DNA of 63,959 nt, the filler included, from Octopus bimaculoides (lineage: Eukaryota), in assembly GCF_001194135.2 (NCBI RefSeq). It is 3 parts of 3 records of this genome, joined end to end, with 100 filler letters (N's around TTAATTAATTAA, not from the genome) between each part and the next. Parts side by side here need not be neighbours in the genome. Positions count along the whole stretch, not along the records: positions 1 to 30,823 come from NC_068987.1; 2 more parts are not named here. One strand, 5' to 3'. Numbering within the stretch: position 1 is the first letter of the stretch; every line of letters starts with the position of its first letter. The notes below the pieces were generated by a model. The model did no database searches and was not told where the DNA came from. It was given only the letters and a program-made list of their open reading frames with translations. Position numbers and translations under genes: made by a program. Positions 1 through 14,589 of this stretch are shown one piece after another.

Positions 1-304
1 AAAATACAAAGACCTGGAAATAAAGGTAACTCGAATGTGGAATCTAAAAACAGAAACAATTCCTATCATAGTAGGTGCCCTAGGTATAATAAAAAAATAT
101 TCAGACACATACAACAAAAACACCAGGACTTACAAATATATATAACATACAGAAAATTGCACTACTGGGCACTGCACACATCCTACGCAAAACACTTTCA
201 ATGCAGTAACCATAAGAGCACCAAAACAAACCACAGCACATACCCAAGGCGCACAGAGCTGCGCTCGGTAGTGAAGTGAAAGCACGTTATAAAAATAAAA
301 CTGG

Positions 305-307
<3 letters not shown>
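1..307 (+). mobile_element. R4/Dong-clade non-LTR retrotransposon 3' end (end of the restriction-like endonuclease region plus 3' UTR), followed by (AAT)n
   Basis: Translates with one frameshift as KYKDLEIKVTRMWNLKTETIPIIVGALGIIKK...NIQKIALLGTAHILRKTLSMQ*. Nearly identical to the copy at 49838-50240. Runs straight into (AAT)n at about 308-362. Confidence 0.85.
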
Positions 308-344
<37 letters not shown>

Positions 345-650
345 TAATAATAATAATAATAACCACAACAACAACAGACATTTACACATATCGTTGACTC
401 CAAAATTCAGTCAACGACATTAATACACATCGTATTTATTTTATTTTATCGAACGTAGCAAACTACAGTGATGTTTGGGCCTCTATATAACATATTTATA
501 TATATTCGTACGCACGCACGCATGCAGAGACGCATACATTGACACATATACACACATCTTATATATAAATATATTCATATATTATATATATATCTGAGTA
601 TACGTATATCTGTCAAAGTATTCGCGTATTCGTGCGTGTGTGTGTATGTG

Positions 651-695
<45 letters not shown>

Positions 696-2602
696 GTACA
701 CTCACATGTGCATTTGTATGCGCGTGTGTGTGTAAGTATAGCTATGTTACATGAGTAATTTTCTACAGTTAACTCGATAAAATTAATAAAATGAGAAATA
801 ATACCATTTAGAAAATGAGTGAGAGTCAATGTTGTACATAAAAAAACATATGATAACCAACTTTTCTTCATCTAGTTGAAATATCTATGTTCATCATGAC
901 ACATCCCCCAAGACATTTGTTTAAACGTTGTATTCGCAGTGTAAGTCTTAAATTGTTTTCAGCGTTTTCTGTTGGAATATCAATTCATGAGAGAAAAGTG
1001 TTAAGCGATGCAAAACTATTAATTACGCGTTATTCTCTATCTATATATCGACATGTTTTTGTGTAAGAGTTTGTGTATATATATACTGATGTCATTTAGA
1101 TTGAATATGTCCCTGTGGTATACACCTAACTCTAAACTTATGTGCCAATCAATTTTGCACAAGAAGTATTAGAGTCTGTTACAAAACTCCACGTAAACCT
1201 TTTGCTTTCACCACTTAGCCACCCGTGCAGACGTCTCATAGTCGAAGTAATACCATTTAGAGGGATATCCAAAGTGTTAAACGGAGAACCTCAGTTCACT
1301 ATTTCAGCGGTGGCAGCATAGAAAATCTGCAACAAGTATAGTCTACAACGCAGTATTTTGTACGGTGGGATAAATGTCATTTTACCCCAGAGGGCAATTA
1401 TCAAATAAAACTAGTTTCATATCACTTACGCCTGGTGGATTTGAAACCAAATCATTTCAATTATTTTTTTTTTTAAATATTGGAGCAGGCAGAGGCACAG
1501 CTACGGAATCTAAATAAGAGGAACCTCATAACAAATAGTATGTGATTTATTAATTCTCTTTACTACATCTAGTAGTGTCATTTATAGAGATTTTAAGAAG
1601 CTTTTATTTGAATAGGAAAACAATTATACGTGAGATAAGCTTTATACTCCAGTGAATACATATGGCGGTATTTGATCTAGACATAATATATGACGTGCAG
1701 CTATATAGAAGATGGCCACAATAGGAAAGACGCTACGAAAGAGAGATGTGAAGTTTGGACTTTAGTGAAGTTGTTATGTAAACCGCTTGTTCCTCGGAGA
1801 TGCCATTGTCGTAAGGGTTGAGTGATTCTGATTTTGGCGTTTGTAGCAGAAATATTGATTTTGATTTCGGAAGAATACACTCCTGTGAAGATTTTTAACT
1901 GTTCACAACTGAAGTTAAATTTGCTTCTGAAAAGCAGGGCTTTGGGATGCAGTTTTATATCCTCATTCTAATTCTGAACACATGGGCAAAACAGTCAAGT
2001 CTAAATTGCCCGATTTAAGTTGTAGTAAAGTGTTACTGCAGTTGAGAAAATTAAAACGATTTATTTAAATAAGTATGTAAGGAGTGTTTATTACTACATA
2101 AAATGTCTACGTAAAATAATGTGAAAGATGAAGAATACGTCGTTTCTAACTTTCTTAAATGATGTTTTTAGTGTAAGCTACAAAGTTGCTTCTCACACCG
2201 CTTCACTAATTCTCATAACCGTATTTCCAATTGTGCCTTTCCCTCCCTCCCCNNNNNNNNNNNNNNNNNNNNNNNNNNNNNNNNNNNNNNNNNNNNNNNN
2301 NNNNNNNNNNNNNNNNNNNNNNNNNNNNNNNNNNNNNNNNNNNNNNNNNNNNNNNNNNNNNNNNNNNNNNNNNNNNNNNNNNNNNNNNNNNNNNNNNNNN
2401 NNNNNNNNNNNNNNNNNNNNNNNNNNNNNNNNNNNNNNNNNNNNNNNNNNNNNNNNNNNNNNNNNNNNNNNNNNNNNNNNNNNNNNNNNNNNNNNNNNNN
2501 NNNNNNNNNNNNNNNNNNNNNNNNNNNNNNNNNNNNNNNNNNNNNNNNNNNNNNNNNNNNNNNNNNNNNNNNNNNNNNNNNNNNNNNNNNNNNNNNNNNN
2601 NN

Positions 2603-2653
<51 letters not shown>

Positions 2654-3395
2654 CATGCACACACACACACACATATATACACATATATATTTGTTTGTTC
2701 GTGTGTGCATCTGTGTGTGTGTGTTTGTGTGTGTGTATGTGTGTGTGAATTTTCCAATTGAATTTCCGCTTGCATCAATGAAGTGTATAAAATCTTTTGT
2801 GTCTTGGGATTGCGTGTAAGTTATTCTCTGTTTGAGAAAGCACATCCTTTTATGCGCGAATCAAATTTCAATGTTCGTTCTTGTATGCATTTATGCATGT
2901 AAGAATATATGATGAATGTAAATACATCATTGATTATATGCCCACATTAATTTGCATGCATTTATATGAAGAATTAGGATGATGTCACAAGGCTGGATTG
3001 TGCTGCATCGTAAGATGTACAACACATGCAAAACGAGTGGTAATGACAGTGTAAGTTCAAAGTTGATCTTAAGTTTCTGAGATCATTCTGCAACCAATTT
3101 ACATAGAAAGACATCATCATAAAAGTTGATCTTTGACGCTAAATGCATCGCTTTTCATTCGATGCATAATATGAAAAGCTGTAAGCTATCTGTGTACTTG
3201 CTATGAAATATCATTGCTTCTATATAGATAATAGCAAAACTGCATAGAACTTCAGAGAATATTTACAAGATTCCTCTTGAGTTCCCAAAGTTGAAGGTTG
3301 CAGTTAATATATTCGTGTTAGTGCGAGTGCCTGTAACTGTGCGCCTCTGCGCATGTCTGTGTGCGTTTGCTTCTATATATATATATATATATATA

Positions 3396-3401
<6 letters not shown>

Positions 3402-3448
<47 letters not shown>

Positions 3449-3516
3449 CGAGAGAGAAAGAGCGAGAGAGAAAGAGCGAGAGAGAAAGAGCAAGAGAGAA
3501 AGAGCGAGAGAGAGAG
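3402..3516. repeat. (AG)n microsatellite grading into about 5 copies of the 14-bp unit AGAGAGAAAGAGCG
   Basis: Directly visible. Confidence 0.9.
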
Positions 3517-5317
3517 AAATAGATACATAGACAAATAGGCACATGTAATTACAAAGTTCAACATGTATGACTGAATTCCCTAAAATAAGACATCTCAAAT
3601 GAAATTAATAAAAATTATTTTATGATACCCTTCCATCATAATCCAGCGTGCAATCAAATTATCATGTAATAGAGTTCGACCTACAAAGAAAATTTAAAGT
3701 CCGCTCAGTGGGTTGAATTTTCGACGTCGCCGTGAATATTATTCTTGTTGAAACGTAATAAATATGCACTCTGCAAAAAGTACTATGTTATCCTTCAGTT
3801 TAATATAAAAGCGTTTTTAGTATATCTTCACATGAGAAGTAACATTAATATATTTCTAAGTGCGCTGTTTATATATATATATATATNNNNNNNNNNNNNN
3901 NNNNNNNNNNNNNNNNNNNNNNNNNNNNNNNNNNNNNNNNNNNNNNNNNNNNNNNNNNNNNNNNNNNNNNNNNNNNNNNNNNNNNNNNNNNNNNNNNNNN
4001 NNNNNNNNNNNNNNNNNNNNNNNNNNNNNNNNNNNNNNNNNNNNNNNNNNNNNNNNNNNNNNNNNNNNNNNNNNNNNNNNNNNNNNNNNNNNNNNNNNNN
4101 NNNNNNNNNNNNNNNNNNNNNNNNNNNNNNNNNNNNNNNNNNNNNNNNNNNNNNNNNNNNNNNNNNNNNNNNNNNNNNNNNNNNNNNNNNNNNNNNNNNN
4201 NNNNNNNNNNNNNNNNNNNNNNNNNNNNNNNNNNNNNNNNNNNNNNNNNNNNNNNNNNNNNNNNNNNNNNNNNNNNNNNNNNNNNNNNNNNNNNNNNNNN
4301 NNNNNNNNNNNNNNNNNNNNNNNNNNNNNNNNNNNNNNNNNNNNNNNNNNNNNNNNNNNNNNNNNNNNNNNNNNNNNNNNNNNNNNNNNNNNNNNNNNNN
4401 NNNNNNNNNNNNNNNNNNNNNNNNNNNNNNNNNNNNNNNNNNNNNNNNNNNNNNNNNNNNNNNNNNNNNNNNNTATATATATATGTGTGTGTGTGTATGT
4501 GTGTGTGTATGTGTGTGTGTGTGTGTATGTATGTATATCTATATATATGTGTATACACACACACACACGCACACACACACATATATATATGTCTATGTAT
4601 ACGTATATATGTATATGTATATATATGTATACATATATACATATATTATAAAATAATTTAATTAACTGCCAATCGAAAGCATTATCCACATGTAGACATA
4701 GCTTTTATAAAACTCTTAAACACTATAAGAGATTACCAAGTAAAGATTCACATTAATATCTTATTTTTCTTATTTGTCATATAGTGGTATCATAATAATA
4801 TTAGGATGTTTACAAGTAAGAAAAAAGAAAATTGAATTTGAATTTTTTTGAGTATACACATATTCACCTAATATAAATTATACATTGGATGAATGCCAGA
4901 AATATCTTCTTGAAATTTTAACCTGTACACTTCTAATATACAACAAACCGATTTTGAATATAATAATTTATTCTATATTGGGTCAGTAAACGGCTATTTT
5001 AGCATTTGCATAAAATATAGCAATGACATCTTCCAGCTTTATATATACAACTATAAAAGGCAAAAATTTAACTACTTTTATTTTCTGCATTTATGGATCA
5101 CCGATTAATTTTTGTCGTGCAGTTGGTGGGCTAGAGTTGGATTTATTGGTTAAATTTGTTGTTTAAATTTGTTATAATGCCTTACGGCAGTTAATAACGT
5201 TGCGACATTGTCACCATAAACTATGTATTGCTTGTTAAAAGCATTTGTTATTCATTCCCCCGTTGGCGGGGGGGGGGGCATAATAATTACAATCATTGTG
5301 GTCGGAAAAATAGAAAT

Positions 5318-6370
5318 ATGTTTGAAGGCGTATCAAGTGCAACTGAAGGATCTCCTTCAGATACAGTGGAAGAATTTCCAAGTTTGCCGTATGGCATCAC
5401 AACAGAAAAGTCAAATATAATGTCGAAAATAATAATTGACGTACCGAGTGTACAAAAAGAAAATAATAATGAAGAGAAGAAAACTTTCGCATTAGCAGCC
5501 AGGGGTAGAAGGCGGCAACACTCAACAAATAAAAATGATATACGGAAGTACAACGAAATAATAGAAAAAGGATGGAAACGTAACAAAAGCGTAACACCCT
5601 GAGAGATTACTACAAGAAGAAAAGAAAAAGGTAATAATTTACAAAACCTATAATTTAAAAAGTCGTAAAATTCATAAAATATCCGAAGAGACAGTGGGAA
5701 AATGTTTGAAAGCCATTTGGAGTGATATTGATTACATCACAAAAGGAAAGAAAATTGGAACGGTAGAGGTGAGAATGAGAAATGAAGAGAAGGTGAGGAA
5801 ACGATCGGTGGAAACGCTGAAAACAGAAGATGTGGCGCTCATCCCCATGTACATGGGGATGAGGACATCAAGGATAAGAATCGGGTGGATTCCTCCAGAG
5901 ATTGATCCTATGTGACAGGTGCCGGCTGTGGTAATGAACCAGGAGGAGAAGATTACACTCCTCCAGGCGTCATTCACAGCGAAAGCAAACCGGACTGAAC
6001 AAATTGTCAACATTTTAGTACAAGCGGACCCCAAAATCCTGGAAGATATTCCAGAGAAAATTGAAATAGAGGAGGAGGCCATCATAGAGTGTGGTGGGAC
6101 GAAAACACCGATATTTTCAATGTGGCGAGTTGGGCAACATTCGAAATGAATGTACAGCACGTGAGAAAGAAGATGAGGAGAAAGTAGAAGGAGTGGAAGA
6201 GAAGAAGGAGAAACAGATAACTAACAAACGAAACATTTAGCCGGCAACACAACTGAAAACCACGACGTCAGAACCGAGGCCTAAAAAAAAAAAACAGCAA
6301 AAATGGAAGGAGATGAAAGAGGTTTGATGGCAGTCAACACAGACGACGCGGATCTAGTGAGAGAGTTAAA
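5318..6370 (+). pseudogene. Tx1-like ORF1 relic (RRM-like region plus degenerate gag-type zinc knuckle)
   Basis: Frames give MFEGVSS...KTFALAA, then GKCL..ITKGKKIGTVEVR..RIRIGWIPPEID. 6112-6153 reads YFQCGELGNIRNEC, the C-x2-C-x4-H-x4-C spacing with C>Y and H>N. Confidence 0.75.
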
Positions 6371-7109
6371 ACTCATAAAAACAACGATACACAGCGATGA
6401 GATCGCTGAAAAGCACAAGAACTTTGATATTTACAAAGTCAGGTAAAACACATAATATCNNNNNNNNNNNNNNNNNNNNNNNNNNNNNNNNNNNNNNNNN
6501 NNNNNNNNNNNNNNNNNNNNNNNNNNNNNNNNNNNNNNNNNNNNNNNNNNNNNNNNNNNNNNNNNNNNNNNNNNNNNNNNNNNNNNNNNNNNNNNNNNNN
6601 NNNNNNNNNNNNNNNNNNNNNNNNNNNNNNNNNNNNNNNNNNNNNNNNNNNNNNNNNNNNNNNNNNNNNNNNNNNNNNNNNNNNNNNNNNNNNNNNNNNN
6701 NNNNNNNNNNNNNNNNNNNNNNNNNNNNNNNNNNNNNNNNNNNNNNNNNNNNNNNNNNNNNNNNNNNNNNNNNNNNNNNNNNNNNNNNNNNNNNNNNNNN
6801 NNNNNNNNNNNNNNNNNNNNNNNNNNNNNNNNNNNNNNNNNNNNNNNNNNNNNNNNNNNNNNNNNNNNNNNNNNNNNNNNNNNNNNNNNNNNNNNNNNNN
6901 NNNNNNNNNNNNNNNNNNNNNNNNNNNNNNNNNNNNNNNNNNNNNNNNNNNNNNNNNNNNNNNNNNNNNNNNNNNNNNNNNNNNNNNNNNNNNNNNNNNN
7001 NNNNNNNNNNNNNNNNNNNNNNNNNNNNNNNNNNNNNNNNNNNNNNNNNNNNNNNNNNNNNNNNNNNNNNNNNNNNNNNNNNNNNNNNNNNNNNNNNNAG
7101 CCACGTCAC

Positions 7110-10103
7110 GTACTTTATTTGTGCTAGGAGACTTTATCTCAATCTACGATGCACGCGTGGATTTTGTTGGCTCAGGAACAGAAAGAACATGTAACCCTGG
7201 CTTCCGGGATCTGCCAAGCCATTTTCAGCTAGCAGGCTCATATAGGCTGGAACATCCGGACGCTTCACTGTGGACGTGGTCAAATAGCGACGGGTCTTCC
7301 CGATCATATATCAATAGGATCTTGATTAGAAAAGTAGACAAAAGTATAGTTAAGTGTCCATAGTTTTATCCAGTCAGCTACAGTGACCACAAGATGGCTA
7401 CCTGTAAGCTGAACTTAGATAAGATAAATAGACAGGGATCTGGCTACTAGAAACTTAATACGTCCCTCTTGGCGACTAAGGAGTACAGAAAGCGGATTAA
7501 GCAAATAATTCAGAGGGCTTTGACAGGTACCATCATTAATAGCATATGGTGGTACGCCCTAAGACGAGCCATACAATTGGAGACTATTAGATATAGCATA
7601 GGTTTAGTGAATAATGAAAGTAAGAAAGAAAAGGGTCGTAAAGAACCTAGAGGAAGCTATGAGGACTGACAATGCAGACAAGGTGAGAGTGAAGAGACTT
7701 GAATTCAACCAGCATCACGAAGCCCAACATACGGGGTGCATTGTCAGAGCTAAAGTGCGTGTAACAAGTTGCGAAGGAATCAAGGCCGCTGAATGGGCCC
7801 GAGTAGTGGAAGCTCAACGTGGAAATGATTCCACTATTCGATCTGTGATGAATCATCAAGGTGTATTGGGAAACGAAGCCGAGGAAATGTGCGAGGCCTT
7901 TCAGGAGCATTTCGCCCAGCTTTTAGGGAGGAGGGTGGACCGGATGGTAGGAGGGACCATGCGGACTTCCTCACCGGGCTGCTGCGCCTCTCGGCGCAGG
8001 ATTCGGAGTCTTGTGAAGGGCTGATCACGCCTGGAGAGGTAATTGAGGCTATTGCGGACTGTGGCGTGGGTATGTCGCCGAGACTGGATGGTCTGACTTA
8101 CGAGTTATATAAGTGTATGCCAGACTTGTTCGGGCACATGCTGGCTAGTGTGTACGCGATCTTAGCAGCAGAATGGGTTCATCCCCAGATCTGTGCACGG
8201 GGGAGTGGTGACGCCGGCCAGAAAGGAAACGGCAATTGGGATAGTATGGATAATTTCAGGCCCATCACGCTGTTAAATACAGAAGTGAAGATTTTGGCCA
8301 AGGCTTTAGCAAAAAGGGTGGGGCGTGTCGCAGATAGTCTGATCGTGGTGGGGTGCACAGACATGTGCCATTCCCGGAAGAACCACCCAGAATAATCTCC
8401 ACCTTCTCCGCTACATCTTTGAGATGTTTGGGTATAAACTTGGCAGAGGTGAGGCATTGGTAGATTTAGACCAATCAAAATCTTTCGATAGGGTTGACCA
8501 TCATTAGTTGGTGACAGTTCTTTCTCAGTTTGGCCTGGAACTTGGCTTGCGCCGGTGGATAACTGAACTATATGATAACATTGACTGGATCGTTCGGGTG
8601 AACGGTTTTTTATCAAGACCGTTCTGTATCAAACGCTCGGTTCGCCAAGAGTGCCCGCTCTCACCACTTTTGTACGTGATGCCTATCGAGTCATTGCGGC
8701 AAAGGTTGAGCGGCATCCCGAAAGAGCCAGTATGTGGAGAGTTTGTTTCAGCTTATGCGGATGACATTACCATCAGCGTGACCAAAATGGAACACCTACA
8801 GGAGGTAGGCAAGGTTATTGAGGCTTATGAGACTGTGGCAGGTGCAAAGATTAACCGGGAAAAGTCGGTCGGCTTGCAACTCAGCACCTGGAGGGGCAAG
8901 TCGATTCCTTCAGACAGCATCGTAGGACGTTAGACGGAGGGACCGGTTAAGTTACTAGGGATCTGGTTTGGTTCGGATCTCCTGGTAGAGGAGAACTGGG
9001 CTGATGTTTCGAGAAGGGAGGCCTGCTTAGTCAAGACCTGGTCTTGGCGGTGGTTATCCCTGAAAGGGAGGGTGGAGGTGGTCAATGTGCTTATCGCATC
9101 GGTCATTACCTACCACCTAACCGTCGTTCCTTTCCCTTGTTCGTGGTTGACCAAGTTGGAAAGACAGCTGTTCCACTTTTTGGGGAGAGGTTTGAAGCCA
9201 CTTGTAAGGCGCTCTATTTGTTGTCAAAGGCCGTTAAAAAGAGGACTAAGGATACCTTGGCTGGTGATGCGCAAATATGCACTGAGGTCGAGGCATCTCT
9301 GGATCCTCCTAGATTGTGAACAGGTGTGATCTCCGCTTGCGAAACAAATGTTTCCTTTGTTCGCTTGTTTTTGTGGACGAGAAGACTCGTACTTTCGTAG
9401 ATAAAGGTTGAGTGAGTGGTACACAGTGTCGTAAAGCCCTCTTGCTGTTCCGTAACTCTGGTAATGCCAGCGGAGGGGGGTTCTACAGCATTTTTCTGTA
9501 GAGTGTTGGTAGAGGCTGAATGTGACGATGTCCTGGGGAGAACCTGGGTATCGGGTATATTCAACTTGACAGCCTGTTCTATCGTACGTTTGGGTTATGG
9601 ACGCTGGATAACTTCCAAATGTCCTCGACCTGGCAATGTTACAGAGGTGCCTTACCCATTCGGGATAAGCTTGCAAGACATGGTCAATGCAACTCACCGA
9701 CCTGTCCAAGATGTGAGCGGGTTAGGGAACCGTCCCACACGCTATTTTTTAGTGTCTTGAGGTGTCGAAAATGCGGGTTTATGCGGAACATCTGTTGCCT
9801 GGTGCAGGAAGTGTACAGCTGTCGACTGAGTCAATTGTAAAAATTGATCCACCTGAATTTTTGTTAAATGAAGGTAAGAATTGTTTTCTCACCGTAGTAG
9901 CAATAGCGAAAGTAGTGGTATGGAAGACAAGGATGAAAGGAGCAAAGTCAAACAGCTTCATGTTTGGCCTCACCTTTCAAAGGTATTTCGCTTTTCATTT
10001 GAAAAGGGAAGTGAGGCTGGAGAAGAGGTGTATGTCGGAGAAAATGTTTGACGAAAGATGGAAGTATGTAACACGAGTGTTCCGAGTGGATGTAACCGAG
10101 TGA
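7110..10103 (+). pseudogene. Tx1-like ORF2 relic (APE endonuclease, reverse transcriptase, C-terminal zinc finger)
   Basis: Motifs appear in collinear order across ORF-track fragments 7121-7363, 7889-8395, 8508-8933, 9072-9329, 9619-9840 and 9762-10103. Confidence 0.9.
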
Positions 10104-11880
10104 ATACGCCATAAAGTGTCTTATAAAGTATCAATGGTGGATTGGGGCACATGGGGTCGGAGCTGAACCCAAACGCCATTCCATTTGATTTGTCATTTGT
10201 TTGTATTCCATTCGATTATATAATTACACTTTAAAATGTTAAATGCATTTCTACGGCCAATATTCAAGAAGAAACCGATGGATTCCAAACAATGAACTGC
10301 AACTTTTACTTCGCAGTTTCAACGCCAGAGTAGGTACCAGCAAATATTACTTGGTAAGTTGCCTATGACTGTGAAATTGATAGCATAAATAACAATAAAA
10401 AAAGTTAGCTAGGTAATTTTTATATTCCGTCAAACGTGTGCACCAACACTTCCGCAATAAATCCAATACATATTGTGCTGATGGCATCACCACTCTAAAG
10501 TCGGGGAGTAACTAAACAATGTCTGGCACATCAGAAATGATAATATCTCCAAAATCGCTATTGTACAATGACAAGTGAATATCAAAATAACTTCATCATT
10601 GCTTCAAGGTTGTTTTCAAAAGAGATGTGAAGTCTCTGTATATGAACATTGAAAGGTGAGAAGAGATTTATGCTTGTCCCACTCGCGATAGACAGGAACA
10701 AAAGTACGAGACAATATATTTAAATGCAGTCACAGGACAAAATAATAATATTTAGGATTAGATCGATGATTTCATGACATGGATGCATGTTCAAAAACGC
10801 ACGCGCGCACACACGCACACATTGACGCACACACACACACACATGGATATGTTCGTATATGTATATATTCAATCGTATCTACATATGTATGATTGTGTCT
10901 GTAAGTGCATGTGTGTAGTATTATGAGTGTGTTTGAGTGTGTGTGTGATTATTTGAATAATACCTCGTGACAATTAAAATATACTCTCAATGTACATTTC
11001 AGTATAAAATGAAATGTGGTGATATAATTAAGACTAGTTTTATTTTCTTAACTTACGACTGATTTTTTTTTTGTAACTACAGATATGAGGCGGACGTGAA
11101 TTGTCTGAAGATAGTTGAAGCTTAATACATTGAAACATGCCTATCGTTATTCTTTACCAGCAAATACCGATTTATACTTTCTGTAGGGCATATAAATGAA
11201 CTCTATTCTAATTATTTCCCCTTACATCTAGGTAGTTGCTTCTAATTGCCACCAGATTTCTGTTTTCTTTCTAAAACTAAAAGATAATATGAATTAGCTT
11301 AGAAATATTTTTGTAGAGTATACAATGCATCATGACATATTTATCAAGGTTTTTCTTTAGATTTTCAAGGTCTCGCCAGTTACACTAGAATATCTGCTAA
11401 TCTTCCATGTAATATTTCCTAACGTACCAGAATTCTGAAAGGACACAGCACGTGTGTGCTGGCGTGGTTTAAATTTCAGGTTCACTGCAGTAAATAATTA
11501 ATTATCTATGCTGAAAAACTGGTGACTCAATTCATTAATTAGTTTTGTTTGTTGGTTCAGTGTAGCAATAAAACCATCAATATTCTGAAACGAAATCACC
11601 TACCGCGATATTTTACCACTCATACATCCTACTGGTAACAAATTTCAGTGATGCAAGAAGCGCAGATAGAATACTTTGAGGTAATTGTTCTGACACATGA
11701 CCCTCTTTCTTAAAATATTTCGCAGGACACACTTGCTTTTCAGTGTTTCGGGGTCATTGATAAACTACCGATTTAAGCTGATGAATTAGTAGAACTTGAA
11801 TAACGTCGGACAAGATGTCTTCCTTTATCTATTCCGTTTCTTTGCTTTCTGAAATCAAATTCTATCATATCTGCTTAGAT

Positions 11881-12227
11881 GAGGTGTTCTCAAACGTTTT
11901 TTAAAACTATCTACTCCTTTGATTACTATTTGATTCTGGTAAAACTCCATACTCATTCGATATTTTAAAATTGAATTTTATAGAAAATTCTTTCAAAATT
12001 CCTATTTCTATTTTGTTTTGCACACATTATCTTGTGTAGTTTGAGCTATGTCATATGTAAGAAAAAGAAACCAAGTGGTTTCTTGCAATACATCTAAAGC
12101 ACATTTTCTTTTCAGGGGAAATTAAAAGTACTATTGTGGATTCCCAATTTACTGTTTTGTTACGTGAACCGCAAAAAATATTACATGCGCCCCCAGGGGC
12201 CATGTGGACCACGATTGATAACCACCG
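11881..12227. mobile_element. hAT (Charlie-like) MITE, about 347 bp
   Basis: 8-bp flanks GCTTAGAT (11873-11880) and GCTTGGAT (12228-12235) match 7/8, as expected for a hAT TSD. Ends GAGGTGTTCTCAAAC and GATTGATAACCACCG are degenerate versions of CAGTGGTTCTCAA-type TIRs. Confidence 0.6.
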
Positions 12228-14330
12228 GCTTGGATGGTACACTTAACACGTCCAACAGTTTAACATCACCATCTGAAACCTTGGTTCCATTCTGGTGCAT
12301 GTATTCGGACCAATTTGCCGATTTTATTACAACTTATTTCCTCCGTCTGACCAGTCTCGAATGACCTCCACATGATCATAGGCATTGCCTTCCCTCTTGA
12401 CTAAATGGCAAAATTAAATATAAGTAACGTGCCACTGTGAATGTATCCGGCCGAATCAGTTATGTATTTTTAAGACGGTCACATTCTTAGACAATGCACT
12501 TTCCCATTACATTCAATGAGGGCAAAAACAATAAATCTTTGTGTAATATGTACTGCAAAATTTAGAAACAAATCTTTGCCTGCTAATCCTCCCGGTACCG
12601 TTTTCCTCTTGATTCATTGTAAGCTGTAAACCAATAGTAGACTAGAGTTTTAGCCTTAGATCAGCGCTGATCTAGGAAATGTAAAATTAAATGGATTCCA
12701 GTCATGACAGTCACGTCTTGTTTCATTTGAGATACATTATATATTTACTTATGATAATTATTGCAAATTTTTAAGGATTATAGTGGATGATATATTAGAA
12801 ATATGGCTGTTGTTTCTAGCAAATTACCTGATTGTGTAGAATTTTTCCCCGAAGCTTATAAAATGTCTACTTTTATTTAAGTTAGGAAAAATATCCATGT
12901 TAATTAAAGGAAATATCAGTTACTCAGTCATACATTTATGTATCTTCCCCTTCTTTCTGGTCTTCGCATCCGCATACTCTCTGGACACACTCTTATCCAT
13001 TCATTCTGTTTCACACACATTACAGCTTTCATCAACAACATTCCACCTTTTTATGGTTCACCGTTTTAATTCTTTCAACCTTTAGATAGTTATTTTAAGT
13101 ACCTAAGAAAGATATTTCTTTATTATTTGATTTATTTTATGCCTCTTAAACATAATATTGTATTGGATTAAACTTTATTTCTCTTCGATTAATGTCAGGA
13201 TTTTATCCTATTAAGTGTGGAAAGCTTCAAAGCAACGATAACATTACAAGGACAAGAATTCAGCTAGCAACATTAAGAAGAGGAATTTAATCAATACTAA
13301 ATGCGATAAGATAGCGAGAAGGAAATAACAATAAAAGAAAACAAGGGGCCTTACACCGATACCAATATCTTGAAAGAGGTAAAACAAACTAACCAATAAA
13401 AGAAAATTACGGAAGCAACAGTTTAAAAAATATAACGAGTGATAAGAACAACATGAAAATTACCAACACTAAAAGCAACAATAGCATCAACAGTCATAAA
13501 AAGTAGACTCAGTGACGACTATGGCTACTGTAATTAAATGGCAGAAATGTCCAGACGAATTGCAATAAGAACATAAAAGCAACACCAAGGAATACAACGC
13601 TTGGCAAAAGAAAAAAGAACACCATTTAAGGAAGTAGTAGAAATATTGATTATATTTCAATGACTGTGGTGATGTTCATGTATTTAAATATTCCGTTACT
13701 AGGATATAAGGAAAAAACTTTCTTAAACCTGAAACCGAATAAATGCCACATTTATCGGCCATTTTACTTCAATATTCACTACGATCAGTAAAAGAACGTC
13801 AGCGGTCTCTTCAGCTGTCAAATCTACCGGAAACAGTATCATGCTCATAAATCCTAATTGTGTAGTGTAGTCTATGTTATATAATGTTCCGATTAAATAA
13901 AGACTGCTAAAAGTAGAGTATGTGTGAGGAAATGGCAAAATGTCCCCACTCACAGCAATGGCTCCGTAATTACCTCCACCACAAATGATATTAAACGTCA
14001 TCAGTACAAATAATAATAATCATCAAGTAAATGTACTAATAAAAACTGAGTGATGAAGTAGATAGTGACGTAGATAAAAGGCTTCTGTATTAGTCTTAAA
14101 AGGAATAAATTGTGTAAAGGAATACAAGCCTTAATCAATGGGTGTAGTAAATAGTATACAATTCGTCAAAAAACTTTAGCCAAATTTATAGCAGTTTGGT
14201 AAATATATACGAAGTAAACTTTAAAAAAGGCCAGTCAAAAAATTTGAAAATAATAGCATATATTAAAGATAATATATATCAAAATATGTATGCTCACATA
14301 AATCTAAATGCATGTGTTCATTTGAAAATA

Positions 14331-14364
<34 letters not shown>

Positions 14365-14589
14365 NNNNNNNNNNNNNNNNNNNNNNNNNNNNNNNNNNNN
14401 NNNNNNNNNNNNNNNNNNNNNNNNNNNNNNNNNNNNNNNNNNNNNNNNNNNNNNNNNNNNNNNNNNTGTGTGTGTTTGTGTGTGTGCGTGTGTGTCTACA
14501 CACATACATATATACATACATACATACATACATACATACATGCATACATACATACGCACACACATAGATAGATAGGTAGATATAGAAAA

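Larger units (their letters stand above)
5200..10230 (+). mobile_element. Tx1/L1-clade LINE, near full length, inactivated by stops and frameshifts, with an N-gap at 6460-7098
   Basis: ORF1 relic from ATG 5318 with a degenerate CCHC knuckle. ORF2 relic has APE motifs (LGDF, YINRILI, SDH, KLNTSLL), RT motifs (NFRPITLLNTEVKILAKALAKR, LDQSKSFDRVDH, RQECPLSPLLY, YADDIT) and C-terminal RGALPIRDKL..TCPRC..H..C. End coordinates are approximate. Confidence 0.9.

Noticed and set aside
10317-10353. 37-nt plus-strand segment with good acceptor and GTAAGT donor, and another acceptor at 11082
   Set aside because: Phases do not give a continuing frame, no recognisable peptide, and such sites are expected by chance.
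11649-11776. Two apparent mini-exons (VMQEAQIEYFE / DTLAFQCFGVIDKLPI*)
   Set aside because: The implied intron is only 45 nt and there is no homology.
13723-14001. 92-aa minus-strand ORF
   Set aside because: No recognisable domain or supporting splice context.
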